Source: Antedon mediterranea
Taxonomy: Eukaryota; Animalia; Echinodermata
DNA length: 64,000 bases
Direction of reading: 5' to 3'
Assembly (NCBI RefSeq): GCF_964355755.1
Contig: NC_092674.1
Location: 4,092,001 to 4,156,000 of the forward strand
The translations under genes and the position numbers were made by a program. Below, one piece after another: positions 53,465-64,000 of the stretch (positions are counted from its first letter, which is position 1; the number at the start of each line of letters is the position of its first letter). Under the pieces are notes generated by a model. It made no database searches. It had not been told where the DNA came from and saw only the letters and a list, made by a program, of their open reading frames with translations.

Positions 53465-56400
53465 ATGGCTCATAACTTCCCAACATTTTTTCCGACAAAA
53501 GAGAACGAGCTACAAATAATTTGTGATGACGACATTCCATCTGATATCCATCAACTTCTTCAATCCTGCATCACCAAATTCTGTTGCCAGGAATACAGCC
53601 TTGCTGGTGAGATGTGCGAAGAGCTTCTGGATATTACATGGGAGAGGTTAAACACAGGTCATTGGAGCCAGGTGGCCATTACATGGAGGCAGCTGTACAC
53701 TTTGGCATCCTTATTAAAAGCTGGCACAATATTAGCAGATACACAATGTGTTCTTCAGGTACAGTAATTTCTGTTTTTGAGTTAAAAGCTTCATAATTTA
53801 TGAATTTATGACTAATCTAATTAGCTGTTATAGTCTCAGGGCTGTGCATGCTTAATTAAAGCTTTGTCTACACTATCAAATGTTATGTCACAAGCAAATG
53901 TGATTTGCCCAAATATGGACATGATTATGTTTTTTTTATCCTAATTCAACGAACAGAAGACAAAAGTAACAAAAACAAAATGGCATATGTTATAATGTTA
54001 TATTATTACTACCATATTTGGGCACACCACACTTTTTTCAAACTACTTTGATGATGTAGACAGATCTTTAGATTCACTATTTGTCTTGATGTTTTCTTCA
54101 CACAAAGTGTATTGTAATCTGCCATTTTTCTTCTTTATCTAGAATGCTTTAAAAGTGTGTGATCTTGGTCTAGTAATGGGAGCTCCAATTATAGACAACA
54201 TATTGCACAGACTTGCTTCTTACATTCACAGTAAGATAATACCTGAGAAATCAGTGTCAAGCAATACTAAGGTATGCAGTATAGAATTATATCAATATAT
54301 ATTGAATAAACGAAAACGAATCATTATTCCGGTTTTCATATTTACTATTCAATCCTTTACTCTACTTTTGCCTCGATGTTTTTAAAGAAATGACACTCAC
54401 AGTATCACAACATACTCCTTTAGCAGTAAACATTCGATTTCTGGTAAACAAAATTAGTATTTCATTTGTTATTAATATTATTATTTTTTTCGTTTTCTGC
54501 CAGTGTACAGATGAGATACATCATAAACTGCACAACATCACAATCAAGCATCCAATACAGGAAGTCAATTGTCCGTCGTTGGAATCATTTAAACGACTGT
54601 ACATGGAGTCTAATACACCAGTGGTTATCACTGGCGCCATGGAGCATTGGGCAGCTATGTCAAGTAGACGATGGAGGTAAAAGGAATATTTTAGACTGAA
54701 GTGACTGATTTATTGTTTACAATATCATACCACAGTACCATACATTATCATTCCTTCTATGGGTATAGACCCGTCCCAAGTCTGTATTTGACGTATGAAA
54801 TGCCATATGTGCCAAAATATTTACCTTTTTACTAATATTACGGTCTAGAACCTAGACTAAAGTTTATTGTACTATATATTTAATTTAAGTTTATGGGTAT
54901 AGACTTGTCCCAAGTCTGTATTTGACGTATGAAATGCCATATGTGCCAAAATATTTACCTTTTTACTAATATTATGATTAATTGTATTATATATTTAATT
55001 TTCAGTTTAGATTATATAAGGAGGATAGCTGGTGAGCGATTGGTACCAATAGAGATAGGCTCCAGGTACACGGATGACACCTGGTCCCAAACACTAATCA
55101 CTGTGTCGCAGTTCATCCAAGATTACATCTGCACAGATGTAAGTAAAGTGTATAAAAAAATCATCTGAAATCTAAAAATGGGTTCTGGCATTTGAAGGTA
55201 GTACATACCTGCAAAGAATTGTACGATACTTTATTATTTGTTGTCATTTTTAAAAGGTAAAAATGAAATTTGCTTGGTTGATTTACATACAATTTGACAA
55301 ATGAATGGAAAAAACATCGTAACCAGTGATTTTAAAGGCCAGGTGCGGGCAAAAAATTTCTATTGATCATACATTCCAATAATTATCGATCTATAATTTC
55401 CCCTATGCTTCATAATTTTTGGGATTTTATTTGTGTTTCAGGAGCTTTTTGAAAATTAGCACTTTCATATCAGTGGGGGGATAGTTCAAATTACACAGTA
55501 AAATCTCTATTCTTTTGTACACAAATTTTGAAAACAGAGAGGCATTTTAAAAAGCTATGAAAAATAAACGGTGTGGTAAAAAATGTTATCAGATGACTAA
55601 ATATAGGTAATATAACTTGAATTTTACATTTCTGTTATTTTTATTCAACTTCAGAATTTTATTTACATGCTATAGCAAAAATTATCCACCGTATATCCAC
55701 CATCTTTTTTCACCTTCTAGGGAGTCACCAGACATGTTATTACATTATGTTAACTACCTAACTACTGAAAAAAAGTCTTCCTGGTTTTTTTGGCAGAATT
55801 GTGCCAAATTTTGTATTTGACCATATTAGGGAAAATTCATGGTTTTTCATCTTGATTTTTGTTACAAATATTTGATTTATGTACAATTAACCAGATATTA
55901 TATTTAAAATTCATGCCTGTACCTGAGCTTTAAAGTATAATATCACCCTTACAATTTCACCCTATAGTTTCACTAATATTAGTTATTACAAATCCACCCA
56001 TAGTAATTTGTGGTACTTAATTCACATTTCTAAATTACTTTTTATTTCAGAGCTCAGGTCAGACTGGCTATCTTGCTCAGCATCCACTGTTTGATCAGGT
56101 AGTACATTAATTGTATTGTATTGCTCAAAATTATAGACACATAGTACATTATAATTATCCTATCCTTTGATAGCTTGGTATGAAAAAAAGTCATTTTCTC
56201 CTGACTGTAATAGAAATCCTTCACTCTCTTTAGACCATTCAAACATCCCTTATACATATATGTAATGTAAATATAGTAGGCCTGCATACTTCAAACACAA
56301 TGATGCACTATGGAATTTCAGGTGGTGTACTAATTTTCATGAACAATCTTCATTTTGTTTTATCAGATTCCAGAGTTAAGATCAGACATATGCATTCCAG

Positions 56401-57317
56401 ATTACTGTTGTCTGACAGAAGGAGAAGAGGGTGAAGATACAGTGATCAATGCATGGTTTGGACCTGAGGGAACTGTATCACCCATGCATCACGACCCAAA
56501 ACACAACTGCCTAGCGCAAGCTGTCGGCGAGAAATACGTAAGGTTGTATGATCCCAAATATTCAGAGATGCTCTACCCGCACACAGGATGTATGCTGGAC
56601 AATACAAGTCAGGTTGGTATATAGGTCTACGTGTACTGCCAACTAGTCTAGGTTATAGACAGGCTATACAGATAGAGAATAGGCTTAGTTTTCCAAAAAA
56701 TATGTCATACCTATACTTGGAAAAAAAATTTAAATCGGCCACTGGTTGAATTTACCTTGAATCGCCACAGTCCATCTTCTTTCGATAGAGTGTGGCAGGG
56801 TTAAGGGGGCTTTTTGGCCCATTATAAACCCATGTGTTTATTTATCTCTTTCTTTATGTAGCAACATACTATAGGCCTATTATTTACTGTATATAATGTA
56901 TAGATCCTCTCTTCAATATTTAAGTAATATCATAGAGATATTATTATTATAGTGAACTGTAATATCTATATGGTAATATGAATAAAATATACTATAATAT
57001 TTAATCGCAAGATCGCAAAATTAATGACAGACCATCAGACCACCGAAAGAGAGTCATGGAAACAATTAGCGTACGCAATGTCTACCCAAGACGAATAGCG
57101 TAACGGATGATGATGATGATAATATTTAATATTTTATCTTTGATTGATTTAGGTGGATGTTGAGGCAGTGGATGAGAATTTGTACCCTTTATTCAAGTCA
57201 GCACCATACACTGAATGTATCTTGCAGTCTGGACAGATCCTGTACATTCCTCCCAAATTCTGGCATTATATCCGCTCTCTCTCCACAAGTTTCTCTGTGA
57301 GCTTCTGGTGGAAATAG
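53465..57317 (+). CDS. KDM8: JmjC 2-oxoglutarate oxygenase JMJD5/KDM8, 7 coding exons, 395 aa
   Basis: Exons 53465-53758, 54143-54271, 54504-54676, 55006-55138, 56051-56098, 56367-56612, 57153-57317 (1188 nt). Motifs [67 protein letters not shown] (HxD), [12 protein letters not shown] (distal His) and SFSVSFWW. Confidence 0.96.
55332..55933. mobile_element. Kolobok-like non-autonomous element in KDM8 intron 4
   Basis: TTAAAGGCCAGGTGCGGGCA ... TGCCTGTACCTGAGCTTTAA, imperfect TIRs with TTAA flanks. Confidence 0.5.
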
Positions 57318-57837
57318 AGGTGTCATTGTTAATCAAAAGAATAATCAAAGCGTGACCAGGAAGGAAGAGGAGGAGGCAGATATTTAAATAAATCAATAAA
57401 ATGAAAACTGATGCGGATGGTGGATTGACAAGATATAAAAATCAGTTTTAATGCTGTGTACTTTTTGCTAATTAAGAAAATTGAAGAACATCTACCTGTT
57501 TACTGTATGGATTTGAATATAGTTTTTGTAATATTGATATTTTATATAATCAGTTTAATAAATTAATTACACAGCATTTATACATTCAGCAATGTTTTAA
57601 TTGTATACTTTTAATTAATAGTCAATTTAACTACACGAGTAAATGTATACCTTACTGCTTACTATATAGCTCACTACACAGAATTACAATTACACATGTG
57701 TGTGAATAAATGGATGAAGTACTGTGTAAACAAAAACGCTCGAGTTCTGATTGAAATTGCACAAGCGCGGTGTAATCGAATCCTGTTAAAAAACTAAATA
57801 AGTAGGAAATGCCTGATAATTATTTGGTGTTTTAAAT

Positions 57838-59274
57838 ATGCCAAAAGGAAAGGGTTCTGGTGGAGCAAAGGGTGGTGCCAAAGGCGGGAAAGGAAAAAGT
57901 GGAGATGGTAAGTATTTTGTCAACGAGAGCTAGGCCTAGCTGTTAAGAACAATTTCCAAAATCAAGCGCGGCGGAAAGGGCAATACGAGTGCCTTTGAGG
58001 CTTTGACGACAAAGGTCTGTAAACTGAACTTCTAGCCTAGGCCTATATTAGTATTTAAAGCAATATTTTAATATGTTTTAGCCTGTTTCTAGAGCTAGTA
58101 GGTTACATTCATACACTATTGCATTCCCCACATATTATACATTAAATTAGTTATTTTTAGCTTAATCCTACACCCTAGCCTAGTACTAGTAGTAGTTCTA
58201 GGCAGGCTACTACTAGCTAGGCCTAGCCCATCCAATATGAATAGGTAGGGCCTAGTAAATAAAGACACATAAAATTACCTGTCTAGTGGGGTGGCTATCC
58301 TTAAATTTATAAGCATAATAATGAAATATTGAATTTATTTCAGATGGTGGCGATACAAAGCAAAAGGAAAAGAAAGGTGGAGGGTCCAGTCAGGTGAAGG
58401 TGAGGAAAATCTAAAAAAACATATCAATTTAATCAATACTGTCTATTATTGACCAATACATTTAATGTGAAAACCAGCCAATGTCTATACATGTTTTTTC
58501 TTATCTTCAATCAAGGTAAGACACATTCTGTGTGAGAAGCATGGGAAATGTATGGAAGCAATGCAAAAGTTAAAAGATGGTACAAAGTTCAACGAGGTTG
58601 CAACACAATTCAGTGAAGACAAAGCAAGACAGGGAGTAAGTATTATAATAGTAATAGCATGGTTACTCCATGGTAATAGTATCCACGTACCCAATATATG
58701 CCTTTGTATTGTTCATCATTGTATATTGTATAGCTGAGCTGTTAAGACCAGTAATTACTTGGCCGTAATATCGGCAAGGGTTCGAGGCTAACTCACTCCA
58801 TGGCTCTGGTGGTAGAACGAGTCTTCTCGGCAGATACGGACTATAAACCGTGGTCCAGTGTACACATCTACCTCATGTGCACTTTAAAGGAACCTAGTAC
58901 ATCTTTCGAGACGAGTAGGGGGTTACTCTGGTATACTAGTACATCACAGCCACTGATCATAAGTAGGCCCTCTGGGAGAGCAGTCTTTGACTGAAAAGGT
59001 CACCCATTATAAATAAAAACATTTCAATCACTCAGTGTACGTACTGTGTTGATAAACCAAAATAAATCTTTGAATGAATTCAAACTATAAAATTTATGAT
59101 TATTTCTTTTCGCAGGGTGATCTTGGATGGATGACCCGAGGTTCAATGGTAGGGCCGTTCCAAGATGCTGCGTTTGCTCTTCAAGCCAGTACAGTTAACA
59201 ACCCTACCTACACAGATCCCCCAGTTAAAACAAAATTTGGTTATCACATTATTATGATAGAAGGCAAAAAATAA
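57838..59274 (+). CDS. PIN4: Parvulin-14 peptidyl-prolyl isomerase, 4 exons, 134 aa
   Basis: Exons 57838-57907, 58344-58399, 58516-58635, 59116-59274. Gly/Lys-rich N-terminus, [64 protein letters not shown]. Confidence 0.97.
58731..59020 (+). mobile_element. tRNA-derived SINE, same family as 1268-1585
   Basis: Shares ATCGGCAAGGGTTCGAGGC...GGTAGAACGAGTCTTCTCGG...GAACCTAGTACATCTTTCGAGACG; lies in PIN4 intron 3. Confidence 0.85.
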
Positions 59275-59771
59275 AATGTACGAACAATTTTACTTTGGTT
59301 TATATATTTTTGTAAATGTGACTTTCTATTCTTGAATCATAATATGAAGTTGAGTACTATTATTATAAAGATGAAAGTGGGGTTAAAAAATGTTATCATT
59401 TATCTTGACTGTAATATTCTTACATTTATTTTCCTCACAAAACATAGTTTACACACTATCGCACAGTAAATTGTCTACAGTGCTATAGTTTACACACTAT
59501 CGCACAGTAAATTGTCTACAGTGCTATAGGTTCCGACTTCATGTACCATTTTTGGGTTTCTTTTTTTTTCCAGTTCATAATATATGAATGGACAATTTCA
59601 AGTTAAGTACAGTGCCTTCAAAGCAATACAATTTAAATATATGTACAATACGAAAGAGAACAAGGTGATTTGTTTTAACAAACTACGATTCCAAGATTTA
59701 CCAGCAATTCTTTAATCAGTTCTTCAATTTCGCTGGCTAAATTGAAAATGTTCAGCATGTGAGCAATGCTT

Positions 59772-62700
59772 TTATTTTTTGTAAGGTTTTGATGCAGGGC
59801 CTTCTCTCTCACGTTGGTATTCAGCTTCCATCTTAGTTTGCACATTCTCCCAGTTTACTTCAACCTGAAGAAAAAAACAAACAGGAAGTGATCAATCATG
59901 TACAGAACCAGACTTTTCCATTCCAACAAACTTTTTCCAATTTCCTATATTTAATTGTGTGCGACAGCTTGAACTATTATTTTAAAGAATGTTGAATTAT
60001 TTTCTACAACCATTTGATATCCTCTATGTATTTGATCCTTATCACTACCCTATGTTACATACCTCTTGTGAGAAATTTGTGAATCTTTTACTGGTTTCCT
60101 TCTTGTCGAACATTTCTAGGAACTTTTGTCTATGAGCAAGTACTGTGTCTACATGGGTCTTGTTCTTTACTGCTAATTCTAATGCTCTAAAGTTGAAAGC
60201 AAATAAATACAGTACTTTATTAATACAGTATAACACAAAGAATGACCAATGTATGTTCACAAAAAGAACTTGTAAAGGTAACCACGTTTGTATATTTATT
60301 CATCATAAATGCATGCCCACTTCATATATTGTACAATATCTAGAGATTCAACCAATCAAAGAACAGGAATTTGGTTAAATTTATGTGTCTGAGCATGTCT
60401 GTTTAATTTCTGAAGATTCAACCAATCAGAGCAGAGATTATGTCAAGACTATGTGTCTGAGCATGTCTATTGAATTTCTGAAGATTCAACCAATCGGAGC
60501 AGATATTATGTCAAGACTATGTGTCTGAGCATGTCTATTGAGTTTTTGAAAATTCAACCAATCACAGCACAGAGATTGTGTCAGACAATGAAAAAAATTA
60601 TCTAGATGAAGGGATGTGACTGTTATGATACACTGACACACACTGGCTTAAATTATTTGATTATTTAAAGAAAATAATTGGTTATGGAACTTATCGTGAC
60701 CAGAATACAAACATAAAAGCATGATGTTCACTACCAGGCAGTCAATTACTTGTAAACTAAGAGAAAAAGGTATGTTTTGAAAGATAGGCCTATATCAAAT
60801 TGATCTGTGTTTGGGGGCCTAGCTATATTAATTTTAGATACTTGGAAGCCATATGTCTGGTAGATTATTGTATGACAGTGAGTAGGCCTACCTATGTGGT
60901 AATGTTTGACCATACATTGCATCAATTGATCATTATCAAGTGAACAACAAAAAAACAGTATATTTTAGGCACAATCATGAGATAATAAATGAGTATTTGT
61001 TCTTAGAAAAATTAATATTTATACCTGTCCCAATTATATAAGTTAATATTCATCATGATGGCTCTAAATACCAAGTTGGCCTGAAGTAAGATGCCCTCTG
61101 CATCTTGAGCATTGCCACAAAACAAAGCCATCTCTGCATTCCGTGCTTCTTTTAATGGGATTTCTTTTATGTGCAGAATATACTGAACTTTATCTGCCTA
61201 AAAATAAACAAGACATCAAAATGGGGTTTTTTTCTGAGCAATAAAATAAAATGTTTCATAGTATTATACCTCTGATTAAAACAACTATTATATTGTTCAT
61301 ACACCAGTGTAGATGTCAATGTTGTATTTCGGAGTTTGTGCGAGGCAGTTGTTTAGACTTGAGTATAGTATTTTACCATAGGCATGGAATCTCCTGTACA
61401 ACCTCCTTACCTCCCTGGTCTCTCGGTAATAAATAGAGGGTGCTGTTGGCATAAAGAAAAACACCACCTCCCGTTTTTTTAACTTCAGATGTTGGCATGT
61501 ATGTTTTGCTAAAACTATGAATATTGACAGAAAATACATATAGTTTTATTATTCTGTATTAGTATTGCATTAGTTTTAATAATTCCTTTATCTAATATTT
61601 TTAATTTGCAAACCTCATCAATTGCAGCATAAGCTACCTCAGCTGTGGACAGGTCTTTAGCATATGCAGCCATTGTGGCCATGCATGCCCACAACACTGG
61701 ATCCTACACAAAAAGAAAAACACATTTTATTCCACATTATTTAATGCTTAAATTCAATCAAGTGACAAAAACCATAAATTGACTGAATTAGTAGTTTTGT
61801 CTTTTAAAATTTCAAATAACAGTTCAAATTAAGCAATGAAGATAATGTTGATCTTATATTAGATAAAAAAATATTTGCAAATCAAATATTACCTTCACAA
61901 AGCGGCATAGCCGTACAGCATCATCCCATCGTCCACTGCCAACTAGTTCATGCAGCATCGCAGGGTAAGGTACGATTCCGGTGCTCACCAAGGCTCCGTC
62001 CGCACGTCGTATGGTCACATGATTACCAACAAAACTAACAATCTGGGGATTCTTGCCAAAGTCACTAAAGAGAATGTAAAATGAGAGGCGTATTCACATG
62101 TCAGGTTATGTAGAAAAGAGATTTATTTTTGTTTTCATACATACAAACATACTCGGAGTAAAGCTCTGTTCACACTATCAAACTTTGTGACAAAAAATGT
62201 AATGTGCCCATATATGGATATGATGTCATATCACTACCATATTTGGGCACATCACACTTTTTTACCAAGCTAGTTTGACAGTGTAGCAGAGCTTTATGAA
62301 TGTACGTCTATTGTTAATTTTTGAAGATGTCTATTGTGGGTTCATACATATAGTCTATGTTTATAGTTTCACCAACTTAATTTAAAGTCATTTTTTGGTT
62401 ACCTGGTATCTTTGATGTAAATTGTTTTTGGTAGAATATCTTTGTCAACATACACAGCATTCGGATAAAATAGAACAAAGAGTTTGCTGTCTTGCAGAGC
62501 TGCTAACATATTAGTAGTGTCATTCCACGCTAGACTGGTTATCATATTACCTAGGTAACATAGAATTTAAAAGTAGATTTAAAGCCTGTTGACCAGGCAA
62601 ATTGCCAAGGATAACCATAAGCAAATTCATTCACTATAGTTCTTAAAGGTTGCAGTGGAGTCTTAGGGAGTAGAGAACCCAGGACCCTTGGATTGGTAGC

Positions 62701-63885
62701 CAGCATCAACTTTATACAGTTGAGAGATATATATATATGGATAAAGTGGTTGGAAAATTGACTGGGCAATCAGTTATATAAATACCTAGCTTAACAATGC
62801 GCGGCCCTTTTCCAAATGTTCGTACAGCACTCAGATACAAGTCTCTGTTTTTATCTACAATTGCTAGATGGCGTTCAGCTGGTGGGCCACAATGATCGAG
62901 AGCTACCTCTAGAACCTCAAGCTAAAGAAAAAAACAAGAAAAAGCATTATCTATTAGTGTATACTCTACTACTATTTTATCCTCATTTAACCATTCTGGA
63001 CATGGAAACTGTCTTTTTGAGATTCTTGGTCATTGGTAAACACTTGAAATTAAATAGAACATTAAACTTTAACCTTTGAACTTACATTATGTTGAATTGG
63101 CTTGCTGTCCAGTGCTTTTCCGTTTGATGCATCAAACACATGCACCAATTTCTCGTTGGATTTGTCACGGATGGCTACGGTGTCATTTGACACAGATAGT
63201 GACATCATATTCAGGGTGTCAAGGCGCATACCTTGGAATTTTGGAGAGGAGATTAGCCGACCCTATTAGAAAAACAACAATTGCTTAAAAACACTATTTA
63301 CATATGGAATGAAATTAGTTATATTTTGTCATCAACTAAAATTGTTGCAAAAAAAGATATGTTAGAAAAATATTTACCTCATAGGAATAGATATTGACAC
63401 CAGTTGATACCACTAAAGCAAAATGCCTGAAAACAAATTGTATAAAATAATTAGAGGCTATACAAATTATTTCTTTCTTACCCAGCCTATGCTCATTGTG
63501 AAAAGGTGCCTTTTTGTATACTTTGCATCCCCAGCCAACATTGTTATGAATTGCGATTCCTTTCACTCCTATTTACACCCCAAAACAACAAACTTAGGAT
63601 CAGAGAGCAGCAACCTTATATTAAATTAAATCTTACTTTTCAGCCTGGACGATTAGAGTAACAGTGCCCTCTTTCAGATCAAATATCGTTGGTGTGTTTA
63701 AATTCTTTGTACTGTAGATAAAACACTGCGAAGAAGTTACCACAACTAGGTAACCAAAAGATAAAGACATCTTGATGATACTGTCTCTGAATTCTAACTT
63801 CTCAATTGCTTCGTTGATGACCTCTCGTACAACAATTGTTTTTCTTGATGAGTTTACTACTTCAAAGTTTTTCCATTCCAGTCTC
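59772..63885 (-). CDS. IFT80: Intraflagellar transport protein 80, last 10 coding exons (5' part beyond the window end)
   Basis: Minus-strand exons 63885-63637, 63426-63378, 63262-63086, 62921-62786, 62550-62403, 62064-61893, 61703-61614, 61197-61025, 60186-60063, 59864-59772, all in phase. Motifs [124 protein letters not shown]. Confidence 0.96.
60341..60585. repeat. 68-70 bp tandem repeat, 3 full copies plus a partial one, in an IFT80 intron
   Basis: ATTCAACCAATC starts at 60346, 60416, 60484 and 60552. Confidence 0.9.
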
Positions 63886-64000
63886 CTGAATGATAAAACA
63901 AAAATTCAGTAACATAATGATACTTACTAAATTTTATTATAAATTTAAAGCCAGTTTGCTACATCCCAAAAAGTCAACTCTCCCAATACCGGACACCATT

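Noticed and set aside
57401-57453. SECIS element that would recode the UGA at 53453 as selenocysteine
   Set aside because: ATGA plus the stem AAACTGAT/ATCAGTTT is present, but the 3' side lacks the GA of the quartet and there is no correctly placed apical AA.
830-63629. Remaining short ORFs in the track (60-110 aa)
   Set aside because: They are exon fragments with intronic read-through, antisense shadows of real exons, or translations of MITEs and SINEs (for example the recurring [16 protein letters not shown] peptide).

Overview
AT-rich, intron-rich animal genomic DNA, not prokaryotic. The gene and repeat content suggests an invertebrate deuterostome such as an echinoderm (inference). Splicing by hand at GT-AG sites gives six conserved genes: beta-arrestin (+, 12 coding exons, 5335-37410, 438 aa), SAP130 (+, 17 coding exons, 42193-50193, 864 aa), MED11 (+, 52018-52596, 110 aa), KDM8/JMJD5 (+, 53465-57317, 395 aa), PIN4/parvulin-14 (+, 57838-59274, 134 aa) and the 3' part of IFT80 (-, 63885-59772). 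Introns hold many non-autonomous mobile elements (16 copies of a Harbinger-like MITE, plus Sola3-, hAT-, Kolobok-, pogo- and Helentron-like elements, tRNA SINEs and a 5S-derived SINE) and several minisatellites. Most ORFs in the supplied track are spurious or exon fragments. The best leads: (i) KDM8 has no evident promoter and may share the first exon of MED11, which would give an in-frame junction broken by one UGA; (ii) a MITE spreading clustered CArG boxes; (iii) beta-arrestin/MED11 linkage resembling human ARRB2-MED11; (iv) abundant TACAGTA/TACTGTA heptamers resembling excision footprints; (v) hAT-like elements with 5- and 6-bp TSDs and Penelope-type hammerhead relics. None is proven from sequence alone. 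Family assignments come from recalled motifs, not database searches.
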